Source of the DNA: the human T2T-CHM13v2.0 reference genome, Homo sapiens | Assembly: GCF_009914755.1 (NCBI RefSeq) | Contig: NC_060939.1 | Length of the DNA stretch: 64,000 nucleotides | Strand: one strand, 5' to 3' | Part shown: one piece after another, positions 19,761 to 36,452 of the stretch | Numbering within the stretch: the stretch's first letter is position 1 | How the letters are laid out: each line of letters opens with the position of its first letter | Translations under genes and position numbers: made by a program | The notes under the pieces: model-generated | The model's input: only the letters and a program-made list of their open reading frames with translations | Told to the model about the DNA's origin: nothing | The model's database searches: none

Positions 19761-20559
19761 ATCAAGGCACGTCACAGAAATTAAGGAAGGAAGAAAAAAG
19801 GGAGGGAGGGAGGAAGAGAGAATGGTAGAAAGGAAGGAAGAAAAAAGTAGGAATGAAAACATAAAACAACATAAACCAACATAAAATACAGAAAATAATG
19901 ATCCTCAGTCAAGTTCCTTCAGCATTATATTAACCTTTCTTCACTTCTAACCATCTGCAGAAACTGTTTTCCAGATTGTATTTTCCCTCTAAAGCAAGTT
20001 TTTAAGGCCGAAAAAAAAAAAAGAACAAGAACAGTGAGTGGAGAATCAACAAATTTAATTAGCAATGATTACAGAAAACTTAAATAGCACACACAACTCT
20101 ATAATCCCTCTACCCCCAATTCCAACATCTGACTGATCAACCAACCATAAAATGTGAGAATCCATCCAGAAGGAAAGAACAGCTGTTAAGCTGTAGGGGT
20201 AAGGACCCTGTGGCAGAAGACCCTGAGGCCATGTGGGCCCAGGTGGCCAGCAGGAGCGGAAAGGCTGGGAAGGCTCCTCAGTCCAGGGCTCACAAGACTC
20301 CCTTCGCTTCAGGCCTGACTTTGCTGAACTGGTGATCTATTGGGACAGAGACAGGCTTTGGCAATAGTTACCAAAGCCTGTCATCATATCTGCACCACCA
20401 CCAGTCCCGACCGGAGGGCCTGGCTGCCAGGTAGTTTTCAGTCTAACTGACAGGAGAAGAGAGAGCCCCTCCCTCGCAGCTAGTCTGCAGTCCAGACCCT
20501 CACCAACCGGAGGGCAACCAGGTTAAACAGTTAAACTGAAAGCAAAAGAGGGAGGAATG

Positions 20560-21570
20560 AACCGGGGGGCGTGCGGGAGGTCGGGGACTTTCCTCCTTTC
20601 CCTCCTGGAAAGTTTCCTACCCCTGATGGGCATCCTCCCACCTGGATGCAACCCGGAGGCGATCTGAGACCCTGGCCGGACCTGGGACCGCACCTGGCCA
20701 GCACCAGGCAGTTGTCATCACTGGGGTCTGCGCTGAGGGCCTGGGAGAGAAGCCACTCTTCAGGCGGGCTCGGGCGCCTGGAGGCGGGGAGGAAGGGCGG
20801 CGCAGCCTCGGACCCCAGCCCTAGGACGGCCCCAGGGGGACGCCTCGCTCGGCCCTCCCGGAGGGACCGGACCCGCCGCGCGCCTCCCGCTCCTCAGGCC
20901 CCCTCACCTGGCTCGCCCCGCCGTCCTGTCCCCGCCTGGCTCGGGTCCTCGCGCGCCGCGTCCACCCGCCGCCGGCCTTTTTTGGGTCGTTGGCGGGTAT
21001 TTTCCGCCTGGCCCCACATCACTTCCCGTAAAGGAGAGCGAGGTGGGGCGGGACCTTCTCTCCTCCACCTCCCGCCTTCTCCTGTCACCTCGGGAGCGGC
21101 CCCCGCCCGGCTGGCGGGGGGCGGGGTGCTGTCGCGCTCTCCCCGGCGGCCGCGCCTCCGAGGGGTCCTCTGTGAGCCCCGAAAAGGCCCCGCTCGCCTC
21201 CTTTGTCCCAACACTAGTTTCCGCTGCCCCATTCTGGAAGGCGCTACAAAATATAGGAGTGTTTTCGTTTTGGGACACAGGAGGGACATTTACAAACTGC
21301 ACCAAGGACCGGTGCGCGGCGAGGTGTCGTTTGGGGACTCTCCCCTATTCACCTCCCCAAAAAGCCATGTTCTAAGGGTGTTTTCCACGGCATCAGTTCG
21401 CGGTCGCCACCGTAGCAGCCGGAGGTGCCGGGCGTACTCACGCCGGCCCCGCCCGAGGTTCCCGAGTCCGCGCGGCTCCTGAGGCGGCGTCCCAGGCCCG
21501 GCCCTGCCCCCGGCTTCCCGCCCCTGCGGCTCCTGGCTTAGGTCGGCCTGGACACGGCGTTTCCGGGGCA
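20560..21570. promoter_or_regulatory. RAB27A: CpG island / RAB27A major promoter (GC boxes, ETS site)
   Basis: Very high GC and CpG density; GGGGCGGG at ~21045 and ~21118; CACTTCC at ~21020. Confidence 0.88.
20908..21010 (-). other. RAB27A: RAB27A non-coding exon 1 (TSS approximate)
   Basis: Strong donor CAG|GTGAGG at 20907 on the minus strand inside the CpG island; ~19.5 kb upstream of the 120-nt exon. Confidence 0.7.
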
Positions 21571-22420
21571 AGGGAATGCCCAGGATTCCTGGAAATAACA
21601 TGGGAGAAAAATAAGTAAAAAATTTCGCAGGAAAAAAATCAATGTAATTCCGGGAGGAAATGGCAAACGGAGTCTCTGCTCACACTGTGTAATTCAAGAA
21701 TATAAAACCACTGTAAATTTCTAAGAGTGTTAGAGCAATGAGTTTAAAAAGAAGAAAACTACAGTATGTTAAGGAACCGCCTCTGTCGGAAGAAACCTGC
21801 GCGCCTTTGCTGCCACCCAGCGGCTCTCTTCTCCCAGCGCCAACGGTGTCGCTCCGGCCTGCGGGGTAGTGAACCTGGGACTGCGTAGGGGGTCAGACCT
21901 CGTGGTTCCCACTCAGAGGCAGCCAAGTTCATCCCTCTCAGTGGCCAGGAGGTGTGAACAGCAGCCCTTGGGCCTGTCCCTATGGAGTCTAAGGCAAAGG
22001 CCCTTTGAACCAAATGTTTCCACTTCTAAGCAGAGTAAAATGTTGAGAAGCCTTAGTTCAGCTTCCCTTCTGCCTTCTAAGCCGTCTCGCTGACTTGTGT
22101 CTACCTCCACCGCAAATTCCAGCTGTCGCAGGCCCACCCGGTCAACTCCATCACCTTTCCAGTCTGTAGCTACTCACAGTTGGCATTACAGCAGTTAGCT
22201 TCTCAGGTGGGTCCAATTTACAAAATCACATATAGGATGAACCATATGAAATTACAAACAGTTGGCAATTTCATACATTTGATATAACATTTCCAGGCAA
22301 ACATAACACAGTAAACTCGGGTTTAGAGATAACAAATGTCCTAACAGGTTGATAACTTCAAGAGCTCTTCCCGTGTGAGAGAAGGGCCATCAGACTGTTG
22401 GTGAGGTTAAGAGAGAAAAA

Positions 22421-22785
<365 letters not shown>

Positions 22786-24539
22786 TCAGCTAAAATCTGG
22801 GAAACCAATAATGTAGTAATTGCTAATGGCTGATATGGCACAGGGAAAGCCTGCCTTCAGCTTTCCCCACTCCTGTGGCCAGGCAAGGCTCTCACCAGGA
22901 GTATACCAGACAGGAGATCAGAAAACCTAGGATGGTGCTATGGCCCATTCATCACCCATTCATTCACTCATTCATCAAGTCAGGCACCCTATTAGTAAAC
23001 AAGGTAAACTGGTCCCTGACGTCAGGACTTACTTGAGAGACCATCGAATAAGTAGGCAACTCCAGTAGTGAGATAAGAGCCTCAATAAAGGAAGTTAAAG
23101 AGTGTTATTGGAGCACAGATAAATGACACCAAATCAAGAGAAAGTTAAGGATAAACTTAGAATGAATGAGGGCAAGGGGCAAGGGAGAAGAGAATTCCAG
23201 GAAAATGGAGCAGAGGGAAGGCCTGGAAGCAAAAGATAGCATTCAACACTGGAGCAACAGGAAGAGGTTCAGAAAAGCTGAAAGACTGAAAGCAATCAGA
23301 AAAGAAAATGGAGAAATAACAGAGGCTGTGCGGTGAATAACCCTGCAATGATGATCATGATCATAACTAACATTTCTTGATCATTTACTATGAGTCAGCC
23401 AATATGCTAATAGTTTTGACTACATCACCTCATACGTGTCTTACAACTACTTTATGAAGTAGGTACTATTCTTACCTCTGTATTACAGATGAGGAAACTG
23501 AGTCCTAAAGCGATTAAGCAGTCTGACCAAGATCATGCAGCTAATAAGTGGCACAGCCAGGCCTAAAACTCAGAACTCAAGTTTTTAATGGTTCTAAGAA
23601 TGGGTCTGAGAGGTCAATTAGCACGCTGTAATCCAAGTGAGGGATAATAGCGATCTGATTACGGCAGTGGCCATAAGGATGGAGATGAATGGACATATTT
23701 GACATATTTAGGAGAGTGAATCAAGAGGACTGGGATGTAGGGGTGTGAAAGAGAGGCAGTAGTCCATGGGGATGCCCAGTTTCTGGTTTGGGCAACAAGA
23801 AACCATTAAGCAACAGGAAGAAAACCTAGTTGCAACCAGGAGGAAGGGTGAAATAGGCCATAGTGATGAGTTTAGGACATTTCCATTTTGACACACTAGC
23901 ACCAACAGAATATCCAAGTGAAGCTGTTTAGTATGTAGTCAAACAGGCCTATCTGAAGCACAGAAAACATGTGCTGTAGCTATTACCCAAAAGGTACTGG
24001 AAGGCATTAGAATCAATGAGCTAATCTAGAAAGTGAGCTGAGAGGGCAATAGGCTTGTTACAGAACCCAGATGAACACCCAGCATTTAAGGCATGAGCAA
24101 TGGAAGTTCAAAAAGGAATCCAAAAAAAGAGTATCCAGAGAGGTAGGAAGAAAACAAGGAGAGTGTTATTACAGAAACTAAGTACACTGAACACATCTCG
24201 TGTGTCAGTTCAAAGTCATCTCTACGCCACTTCTTACTGCAGCCACAGAATCGATCACAGTATACCTCTTGCTTCCCACACTGGGGCTTTTCTGACACTG
24301 CTACTTGCAACATGGAGAGTTCTGCCTCCAGTTTTCCTAATAGAATTAAAGTGGATGGAATCAGTAAGAATTCATGGATTTTAATAAATAAATATAGATA
24401 TATGTATGTGTATATGTATGTATTATCTAGCTCTGTCTGCTAAGAGGTCCTAGAAGCAATTATATCAAAGTAGCTACGAGTACACTTAGCACCTGGATGT
24501 TGATTTCTTAATATCCCTTTCCAACAAAAGGAACCAATT

Positions 24540-27070
<2,531 letters not shown>

Positions 27071-27087
27071 TTTAAAAGAACCAATAC

Positions 27088-27720
<633 letters not shown>

Positions 27721-29108
27721 TTGGTCTGGGAAGGAAAAAGATGAGCCAGAAAGTAAAAGAGTGCTCAGAAAATGACAGTGACATGCAAAGGACACAGGAT
27801 CCATCCTGAGGGAGGACTATTCCTCAGTTAAAGACTTATTTATTTTTAATTAGACTATAATTTTGCTTTTTTTTTGGCACAATGGAGCATGCTGAGAGCC
27901 TGGAGCCTCTGATGACATGTGGGTCTGAGGCCTGCTGCTGCCTATTCCCTACCGCCGGTCCCATGGTCCCTGCCCAGCTTTGCATTCCCTGCCTTGCTTC
28001 AGAGCAGTGACTGGGTCACCTTGGCTAGGGGAGGCCCACGTTTTGTCATCACCTTCCACCCTGGCAGAAACCTAGGTATGGATAGGTGCAGGAGGGTTCA
28101 GGGTTGGGCCCATATCCCAGGGCACTGTCAACCTAAAAAAAAGACATCAGAAAAAAATATTTCATAATATAATTATTTTATCTGGGAGTAAGCAAAAAGG
28201 ATTATAACCTGGGATGCACAGTTATAGCAAGCCACAAATGCATCCAGAGAGGGGAGGGTAAAGGGAAGCCTTTATCGGTACAACAGAGAAGTTCATGTAA
28301 GCTACTTAGAAACAGTTTATTGGTACCAGAGGCTCAAAGCCAGAGTTACTAGTAGATCACTGGTAGAGAAGCCATTATCAGGCAAGCCTTCTTTTGAGAT
28401 CATCTTATCTGAATTGCTGCAGTCCTAAAAAATGTCTAGTAAGAAATTGTGTCAAAGAAATACGTGCATGTGTGTGAAACATGCAAGCCGTGCAAAGCAT
28501 AAGATGCATGAAGGACATGAGAGAATTTCTTGTGGGTTATTGCCTGGAAACAGCTTTTAGCTGTAGACATGCAAGCATGAGCTCCTCTCCTTTGTGCTCT
28601 CCTAGCTCCAATTTGTCTGGGTCTGAGTAAAGTGGACTTTATCCTGTAACTGCAACTTTCATAGCACCATGGGGTGATCAAGAAGGCAGCTGTCCCCTCC
28701 CTAATCTGACAGTAGCACAGCACATTCTGCAGGCCATTCAGCTGGGGCCTCTTACCAGTGCCATCCAACAACTGAGAACAAACCAGCATGGAAGGTACAG
28801 TTCCCTGGGCATTGTCCATTTGCATTGACTGGAACAGCCAGTTTATGAGAAGAGGAAATTGGCTTCCTTGTCCCCACCCAGGGCCCTGCATTTTCATTTG
28901 TGCTGGGCCCCACAAATTACGCAGCCAGCCCTGATAGTAGTAATGGATTGTAACCCACAAAATAGGAATCCATGAATCATGCTAGTACATCATTTCTGTA
29001 TATTTCTACCAAATTGAATCTATGAAATAATAAAAAACCATCAACAAACCCAATTTAATAGACATTCTACAACACAGCAGGCCAGCATTCTTAAAAAATC
29101 CCAGTTGT

Positions 29109-29411
29109 GGCCAGGCACAGTGGCTCATGCCTGTAATCCCAGCACTTTGGGAGGCCGAGGTGGGCATATCATGAGGTCAGGAGATCGAGACCGTCCTGGC
29201 TAACACAGTGAAACCCCGTCTCTACTAAAAAAAATACAAAAAATTAGCTGGGCATGGTGGCAGGCAACTGTAGTCACAGCTACTTGAGAGGCTGAGGCAG
29301 GAGAATGGTGTGAACCCGGGAGGCAGAGCTTGCTGTCAGCCAAGATTGCACCACTGCACTCCAGCCTGGATGACAGAGCAAGACTCCGTCTCAAAAAAAA
29401 AAAAAAAAAAA
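29109..29411 (+). repeat. AluY-like
   Basis: Full-length Alu with A tail. Confidence 0.92.
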
Positions 29412-29426
29412 GTCAGTTGTGGGCCG

Positions 29427-30498
29427 TATTGGGGAACCTGCCCCGATAGTCACATAGGTTCTTTTCTACTTTCCCTAAGCATCGGCCAGCTTGAGAAATA
29501 AAGGGACAGAGTACAAAAGAGAGAAATTTTAAAGCTGGGCGACCGGGGGAGACATCACATGTCGGTAGGTTCCGTGATGCCCCACGAGCTGCAAAAACCA
29601 CCAAGTTTTTATTAGGGATTTTCAAAAGGGGAGGGAGTGTGTGAATAGGTGTGGGTCACAGACATCAAGTACTTCACAAAGTAATAGAATATCACAAGGC
29701 AAGTGGAGGCAGGGCGAGATCACAGGACCACAGGACTGGGGTGAAATTAAATTTGCTAATGAAGTTTCAGGCACCAGTGTCACTGATAACATCTTATCAG
29801 GAGACAGGGTTTTGAGAGCAACCAGTCTGACCAAAATTATTAGGCGGGAGTTTCTTCTTCCTAATAAGCCTGGGAGCGCTATGGGAGACTGGGGTCTATT
29901 TCACCCCTACAGTCTACAGGCCATAAAAGATGGGCACACCCAGGGGGGCCGTCTATAGACCTATACCCCCAGGTGCGTATTCTCTTTCCCAGGGATGTTC
30001 CTTGCTGAGAAAAAGAATTCAGCAATATTTCTCCCATTTGCTTTTGAAAGAAGAGAAATATGGCTCTGTTCTGCCTGGCTCACCAGCAGTCAGAGTTTAA
30101 GGTTATCTCTCTTAATCCCTGAACAATTGCTGTTATCCTGTTCTTTTTTCAAGGTGCCCAGATTTCATATTGTTCAAACACACATGCTGTATAATTTGTG
30201 CAGTTAATGCAATTATTACAGGGTCCTGAGGTGACATACATCCTCCTCAGCTGACAGGATTAAGAGATTAAAGTAAAGACAGGCATAGAAAATCACAACG
30301 GTATTGATTGGGGAAGTGATAAGTGTCCATGAAATTGTCACAATTTATGTTTAGAGATTGCAGTAAAGACAGGCACAAGAAATTATAAAAGTATTAATTT
30401 GGGGAACTAATAAATGTCCATAAAATCTTCACAATCCACGTTCTTCTGCCATGGCTTCAGCCGGTCCCTCCATTTGGGGCCCCTGACTTCCCGCAACA
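29427..30498 (-). mobile_element. MER11 solo LTR (HERV-K11/HML-8 group)
   Basis: Minus strand starts TGTTGCGGGAAGTCAGGG...GAAGCCATGGCAGAAGAACGTGGATTGTGAAGATTT; 6-bp TSD GGGCCG at 29421-29426 and 30499-30504. Confidence 0.9.
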
Positions 30499-30499
30499 G

Positions 30500-30799
30500 G
30501 GCCGGCCACGGTGCCTCATGCCTGTAATCCCAGCACTCTGGGAGGCCAAGGTGGGTGAATCACCTGAGGTCAGGAGTTCAACACCAGCCTGGCCAACATG
30601 GCAAAACCCCGTCTCTACTAAAAATACAAAAATTAGCCGGGCATTGTGGCTCACACCTGTAATCCCAGCTACTCGGAAGGCTGAGGCAGGAGAATTGCTC
30701 CAACCCAGGAGGCTGAGTTGCAGTGAGCCAAGATCACACCACTGCACTCCAGCCTAGGTGACACAGTGAGAATCTGTCTCAAAAAAAAAAAAAAAAAAA
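30500..30799 (+). repeat. AluS whose 5' end is split by the MER11 LTR
   Basis: Alu head GGCCG is duplicated as the LTR TSD. Confidence 0.88.
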
Positions 30800-30963
30800 G
30801 TCAGTTGTGAAAGGCAGTGACTGAGAAACTGGCTCCAGAATAAAGGAAACAAGAGACATGACAACTAAATTCAAATATGATTCTGGATTAGTTCTGGGAC
30901 CAGAAAAAAACAAGTTTATCTTATTCTAAAGGACATTAATGGGACTTGGGAGAATTTGGATGA

Positions 30964-31879
<916 letters not shown>

Positions 31880-32961
31880 TGGGGAGGGTGTTTCTTGACT
31901 TACATATAGTTTTCATAAAGGCAGGGGGCGAGGGCAGGATGGTAGGAAATCAAGAACTAGTGGATAGAAGGCTGATGTCAGTCTCTACAATGGAAATCAT
32001 GGTCCCTCACAAGTTTACTGATCTAAGTCATTTCACAGACTTCATAGACTTAGAGCCCAGTGATTTAAATAGCTGTATCCACCCCTGGGGAAGGACTCTT
32101 CAATGCCACAAAAATATGCAATAACCATTCTCTTGCTCTTTTTCTCAAGAGACCCAAAGCCATTAACCAGGCAGATGTGCACTGGGGAAAGAAAAATACT
32201 CAGACTTTGATGGCCACTGGATACAGGCCCTAAGTTGACACTGGTACAAGCAGACTAGAAAATGCCACCGTGACCTTTCAGTTAAGAGTGGGAGTTCATG
32301 GAGGTTAAAGGATGAATGCAGCTTTGGACCAAACTAATCTAACAGGACCCACTTTGCAGGACTTTTTTCTCCTGGGCTCAAGCGATTCTCCTGCCTTAGC
32401 CTCCCAAATAGCTGGGATCACAGGCACAAACTACCACGCTCGGCTAATTTTTCTATTTTTGGTAGAGACAGGTTCAACATATTGGCCATTAAAATGTCAT
32501 TTAAAATGACAATTTAAAAAATAGATGGATTATAGACTACCACAAGAGCAAAAAAACACTGGTCTGCCTTAACTGCAGCTGCTAGTTTGGATGCAGTATC
32601 ATATTTTAATGACAGCTTTGAGATATAACTCACACACAATAAAGTTCACCCCTTAAAAGTGTACAATTCAGTGGTTTGCATGCAGTGTCTTTATGACAGC
32701 TTTGAGATATAATTCACACACAATAAAGTTCACCCTTTAAAAGTGTATGATTTGGTGGTTTTTAATATATTCACAAAGTTATACATTGATCACCACTATC
32801 TACTTCCAGAACATTTTCATCACCCTAAAAATCTTTTTTTTTTTTTTTTTTTTGAGGCGGAGTCTCACTGTTTCCCAGGCTGGAGTGCAGTGGCATGATC
32901 TTGGCTCACTGCATCCTCCAGCCCCCTGGGTTCAAGCAATTCTCCTCCCTCAACGTCCTGA

Positions 32962-33395
<434 letters not shown>

Positions 33396-33420
33396 TCATC
33401 TCAAAAACAACAACAACACC

Positions 33421-35681
33421 CGCCGCCACGCCTGACTGGTTTTGGTGGAGACGGGGTTTCGCTGTGTTGGCCGGGCCGGTCTCCAGCCCCTAACCGCGAG
33501 TGATCCCGCCAACCTCGGCCTCCCGAGGTGCCGGGATTGCAGACGGAGTCTCGTTCACTCAGTGCTCAATGGTGCCCAGGCTGGAGTGCAGTGGCATGAT
33601 CTCGGCTCACTACAACCTACACCTCCCAGCCGCCTGCCTTGGCCTCCCAAAGTGCCGAGATGGCAGCCTCTGCCCGGCCGCCACCCCGTCTGGGAAGTGA
33701 GGAGCGTCTCTGCCTGGCCGCCCATCGTCTGGGATGCGAGGAGCCCCTCTGCCTGGCTGCCCAGTCTGGAAAGTGAGGAGCGTCTCCGCCCGGCCGCCAT
33801 CCCATCTAGGAAGTGAGGAGCGCCTCTTCCCAGCCGCCATCACATCTAGGAAGTGAGGAGCGTCTCTGCCCGGCCGCCCATCGTCTGAGATGTGGGGAGC
33901 GCCTCTGCCCCGCCGCCCCATCTGGGATGTGAGGAGCACCTCTGCCCGGCCGAGACCCCGTCTGGGAGGTGAGGAGCATCTCTGCCCGGCCGCCCCGTCT
34001 GAGAAGTGAGGAGACCCTCTGCCTGGCAACCACCCCGTCTGAGAAGTGAGGAGCCCCTCCGTCCGGCAGCTGCCCCGTCTGAGAAGTGAGGAGCCTCTCC
34101 GCCCGGCAGCCACCCCATCTGGGAAGTGAGGAGCATCTCCGCCCGGCAGCCACCCCGTCCAAGAGGGAGGTGGGGGGGGGTCAACCCCCCGCCCGGCCAG
34201 CCGCCCCATCCGGGAGGGAGGTGGGGGATCAGCCCCCCCGCCCGGCCAGCCGCGCCATCCGGGAGGGAGGTGGGGGGGTCAGCCCCCCGCCTGGCCAGCC
34301 GTGCCGTCCGGGAGGGAGGTGGGGGGGTCAGCCCCCCGCCCGGCCAGCCGCCCCGTCCGGGAGGTGAGGGGCGCCTCTGCCCGGCCGCCCCTACTGGGAA
34401 GTGAGGAGCCCCTCAGCCCGGCCAGCCGCCCTGTCCGGGAGGGAGGTGGGGGGGTCAGCCCCCCGCCTGGCCAGCCGCCCCGTCCGGGAGGGAGGTTGGG
34501 GGGTCAGCCCTCCGCCCGGCCAGCCGCCCCGTCTGGGAGGTGAGGGGCGCCTCTGCCCGGCCGCCCCTACTGGGAAGTGAGGAGCCCCTCTGCCCGGCCA
34601 GCCGCCCCGTCCGGGAGGGAGTTGGGGTGTCAGCCCTCCGCCCGGCCAGCCGCCCCGTCTGGGAGGTGAGGGGCGCCTCTGCCCGGCCGCCCCTACTGGG
34701 AAGTGAGGAGCCCCTCTGCCCGGCCAGCCGCCCCGTCCGGGAGGGAGGTGGGGGGGTCGGCCCCCCGCCCGGCCAGCCGCCCCGTCCGGGAGGGAGGTGA
34801 GGGGGTCGGCCCCCCGCCCGGCCAGCCGCCCCGTCCGGGAGGGAGGTGGGGGGGGTCAGCCCCCCTGCCCGGCCAGCCGCCCCGTCCGGGAGGTGAGGGG
34901 CACCTCTGCCCGGCCACCCCTACTGGGAAGTGAGGAGCCCCTCTGCCCGGCCAGCCGCCCCGTCCGGGAGGGAGGTGGGGGGGTCAGCCCCCCGCCCGGC
35001 CAGCCGCCCCGTCCGGGAGGGAGGTGGGGGGGGTCAGCCCCCCTGCCCAGCCAGCCGGCCCGTCCGGGAGGTGAGGGGCGCCTCTGCCCGGCCGCCCCTA
35101 CTGGGAAGTGAGGAGCCCCTCTGCCCGGCCACCACCCTGTCTGGGAGGTGTGCCCAACAGCTCATTGAGAACAGGCCAGGATGACAATGGCGGCTTTGTG
35201 GAATAGAAAGGCGGGAAAGGTGGGGAAGAGATTGAGAAATCGGATGGTTGCCGTGTCTGTGTAGAAAGAGGTAGACATGGGAGACTTTTCATTTTGTTCT
35301 GCACTAAGAAAGGTTCCTCTGCCTTGGGATCCTGTTGATCTGTGACCTTACCCCCAACCCTGTGCTCTCTGAAACATGTGCTGTGTCCACTCAGGGTTAA
35401 ATGGATTAAGGGCGGTGCAAGATGTGCTTTGTTAAACAGATGCTTGAAGGCAGCATGCTCGTTAAGAGTCATCACCACTCCCTAATCTCAAGTACCCAGG
35501 GACACAAACACTGCGGAAGGCCGCAGGGTCCTCTGCCTAGGAAAACCAGAGACCTTTGTTCACTTGTTTATCTGCTGACCTTCCCTCCACTATTGTCCCA
35601 TGACCCTGCCAAATCCCCCTCTGTGAGAAACACCCAAGAATTATCAATAAAAAAATAAATTTAAAAAAAAGAAAAAAAAAA
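33421..35681 (+). mobile_element. SVA retrotransposon, 5'-truncated (no CCCTCT hexamer): Alu-like domain, GC-rich VNTR, SINE-R, polyA
   Basis: cgccgccacgcctgactgg Alu-like domain; VNTR units gggaagtgaggagcccctctgcccggcc; SINE-R from ~35130; AATAAA at 35646-35651; A tail. Confidence 0.96.
33660..35130 (+). repeat. SVA VNTR (G-quadruplex-prone)
   Basis: Tandem units of ~37-50 bp with gggagggaggtggggggg runs. Confidence 0.93.
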
Positions 35682-36070
35682 GTCATCTCCACTAGTAATC
35701 ATTCTCCATCCCCCCTTCATTCAACCCCTGTCAGCCACTAATCTACTTTCTGTCTCTAGACATTTACCTGTTCTAGACATGTCATACAAATGAAAACATA
35801 CCAATAGGTGCCATCTTGTGCATGGCTTATTTCGTAATGTATTCTAATTTTTTCCATGTTATAGCACATACTTCATTTATCTTCTTGGCTGAATAATATT
35901 CCATTATACGGAAATACCACTTATTTATCCATTCATCAGTTAATGGACACTTGGGTTTTTTCCACTTTTTGGCTATTATGAATAATGTGATGAACATTCA
36001 TTTACCAGCTTTAGTGTGAACATATATATATATATATATGGTGTGTGTGTATTTTGTTTGGTTTTGTTTT

Positions 36071-36396
36071 TGCAGTTGCAAGATTTCATAGAGTGAAAAC
36101 GGAGCTCCCATACAAAGGGAGGGGACCCAAAGAGGGTAGCAGTTGCTGGCTGGAATGCCTGAGTTTATATCCCAATCATTGTCCTTCCCACTGTGCTCTC
36201 AGGCGATAGATGATTGGCTATTTCTTTTCCTCCTGTTTTTGCCTAATTAGCATTTTAGTGAGATCTCTTTACTACCTGATTGGTCAGGTGTGAGCTAAGT
36301 TGCAAGCCCCATGCTTAAAGGTGGATGCAGTCACCTTCCCAGCTAGGCTTAGGGATGCTTAGTCAGCCTAGGAAATCCAGCTAGCCCTGTCTCTCA
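36071..36396 (-). promoter_or_regulatory. 3' LTR17 U3-R with CCAAT boxes and TATA-like GATATAAA
   Basis: Starts TGAGAGACAGGGCTAGCTGGATTTCCTAGG after the polypurine tract; ends ...CTTGCAACTGCA. Confidence 0.88.
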
Positions 36397-36452
36397 GTCC
36401 CTACTCCACAGGAAAACCCAAGTGCTTTTGGGGAGGTTGGCCGACAACCATT

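Noticed and set aside
20571-21482. 303-aa ORF and overlapping ORFs across the CpG island
   Set aside because: GTG start, Pro/Arg/Gly low-complexity composition and open frames on both strands reflect stop-codon scarcity in GC-rich promoter DNA
28436-28960. 174-aa minus-strand ORF
   Set aside because: Overlaps degenerate LTR-like repeat sequence; no homology recognised
31900-32600. Possible ancient ERV-L gag/pol remnant
   Set aside because: Resemblance is too degenerate to assign family or boundaries without a profile search
33442-35478. Repetitive ORFs and a repeat array that could look like CRISPR
   Set aside because: This is the SVA VNTR: no unique spacers, no cas genes, eukaryotic context
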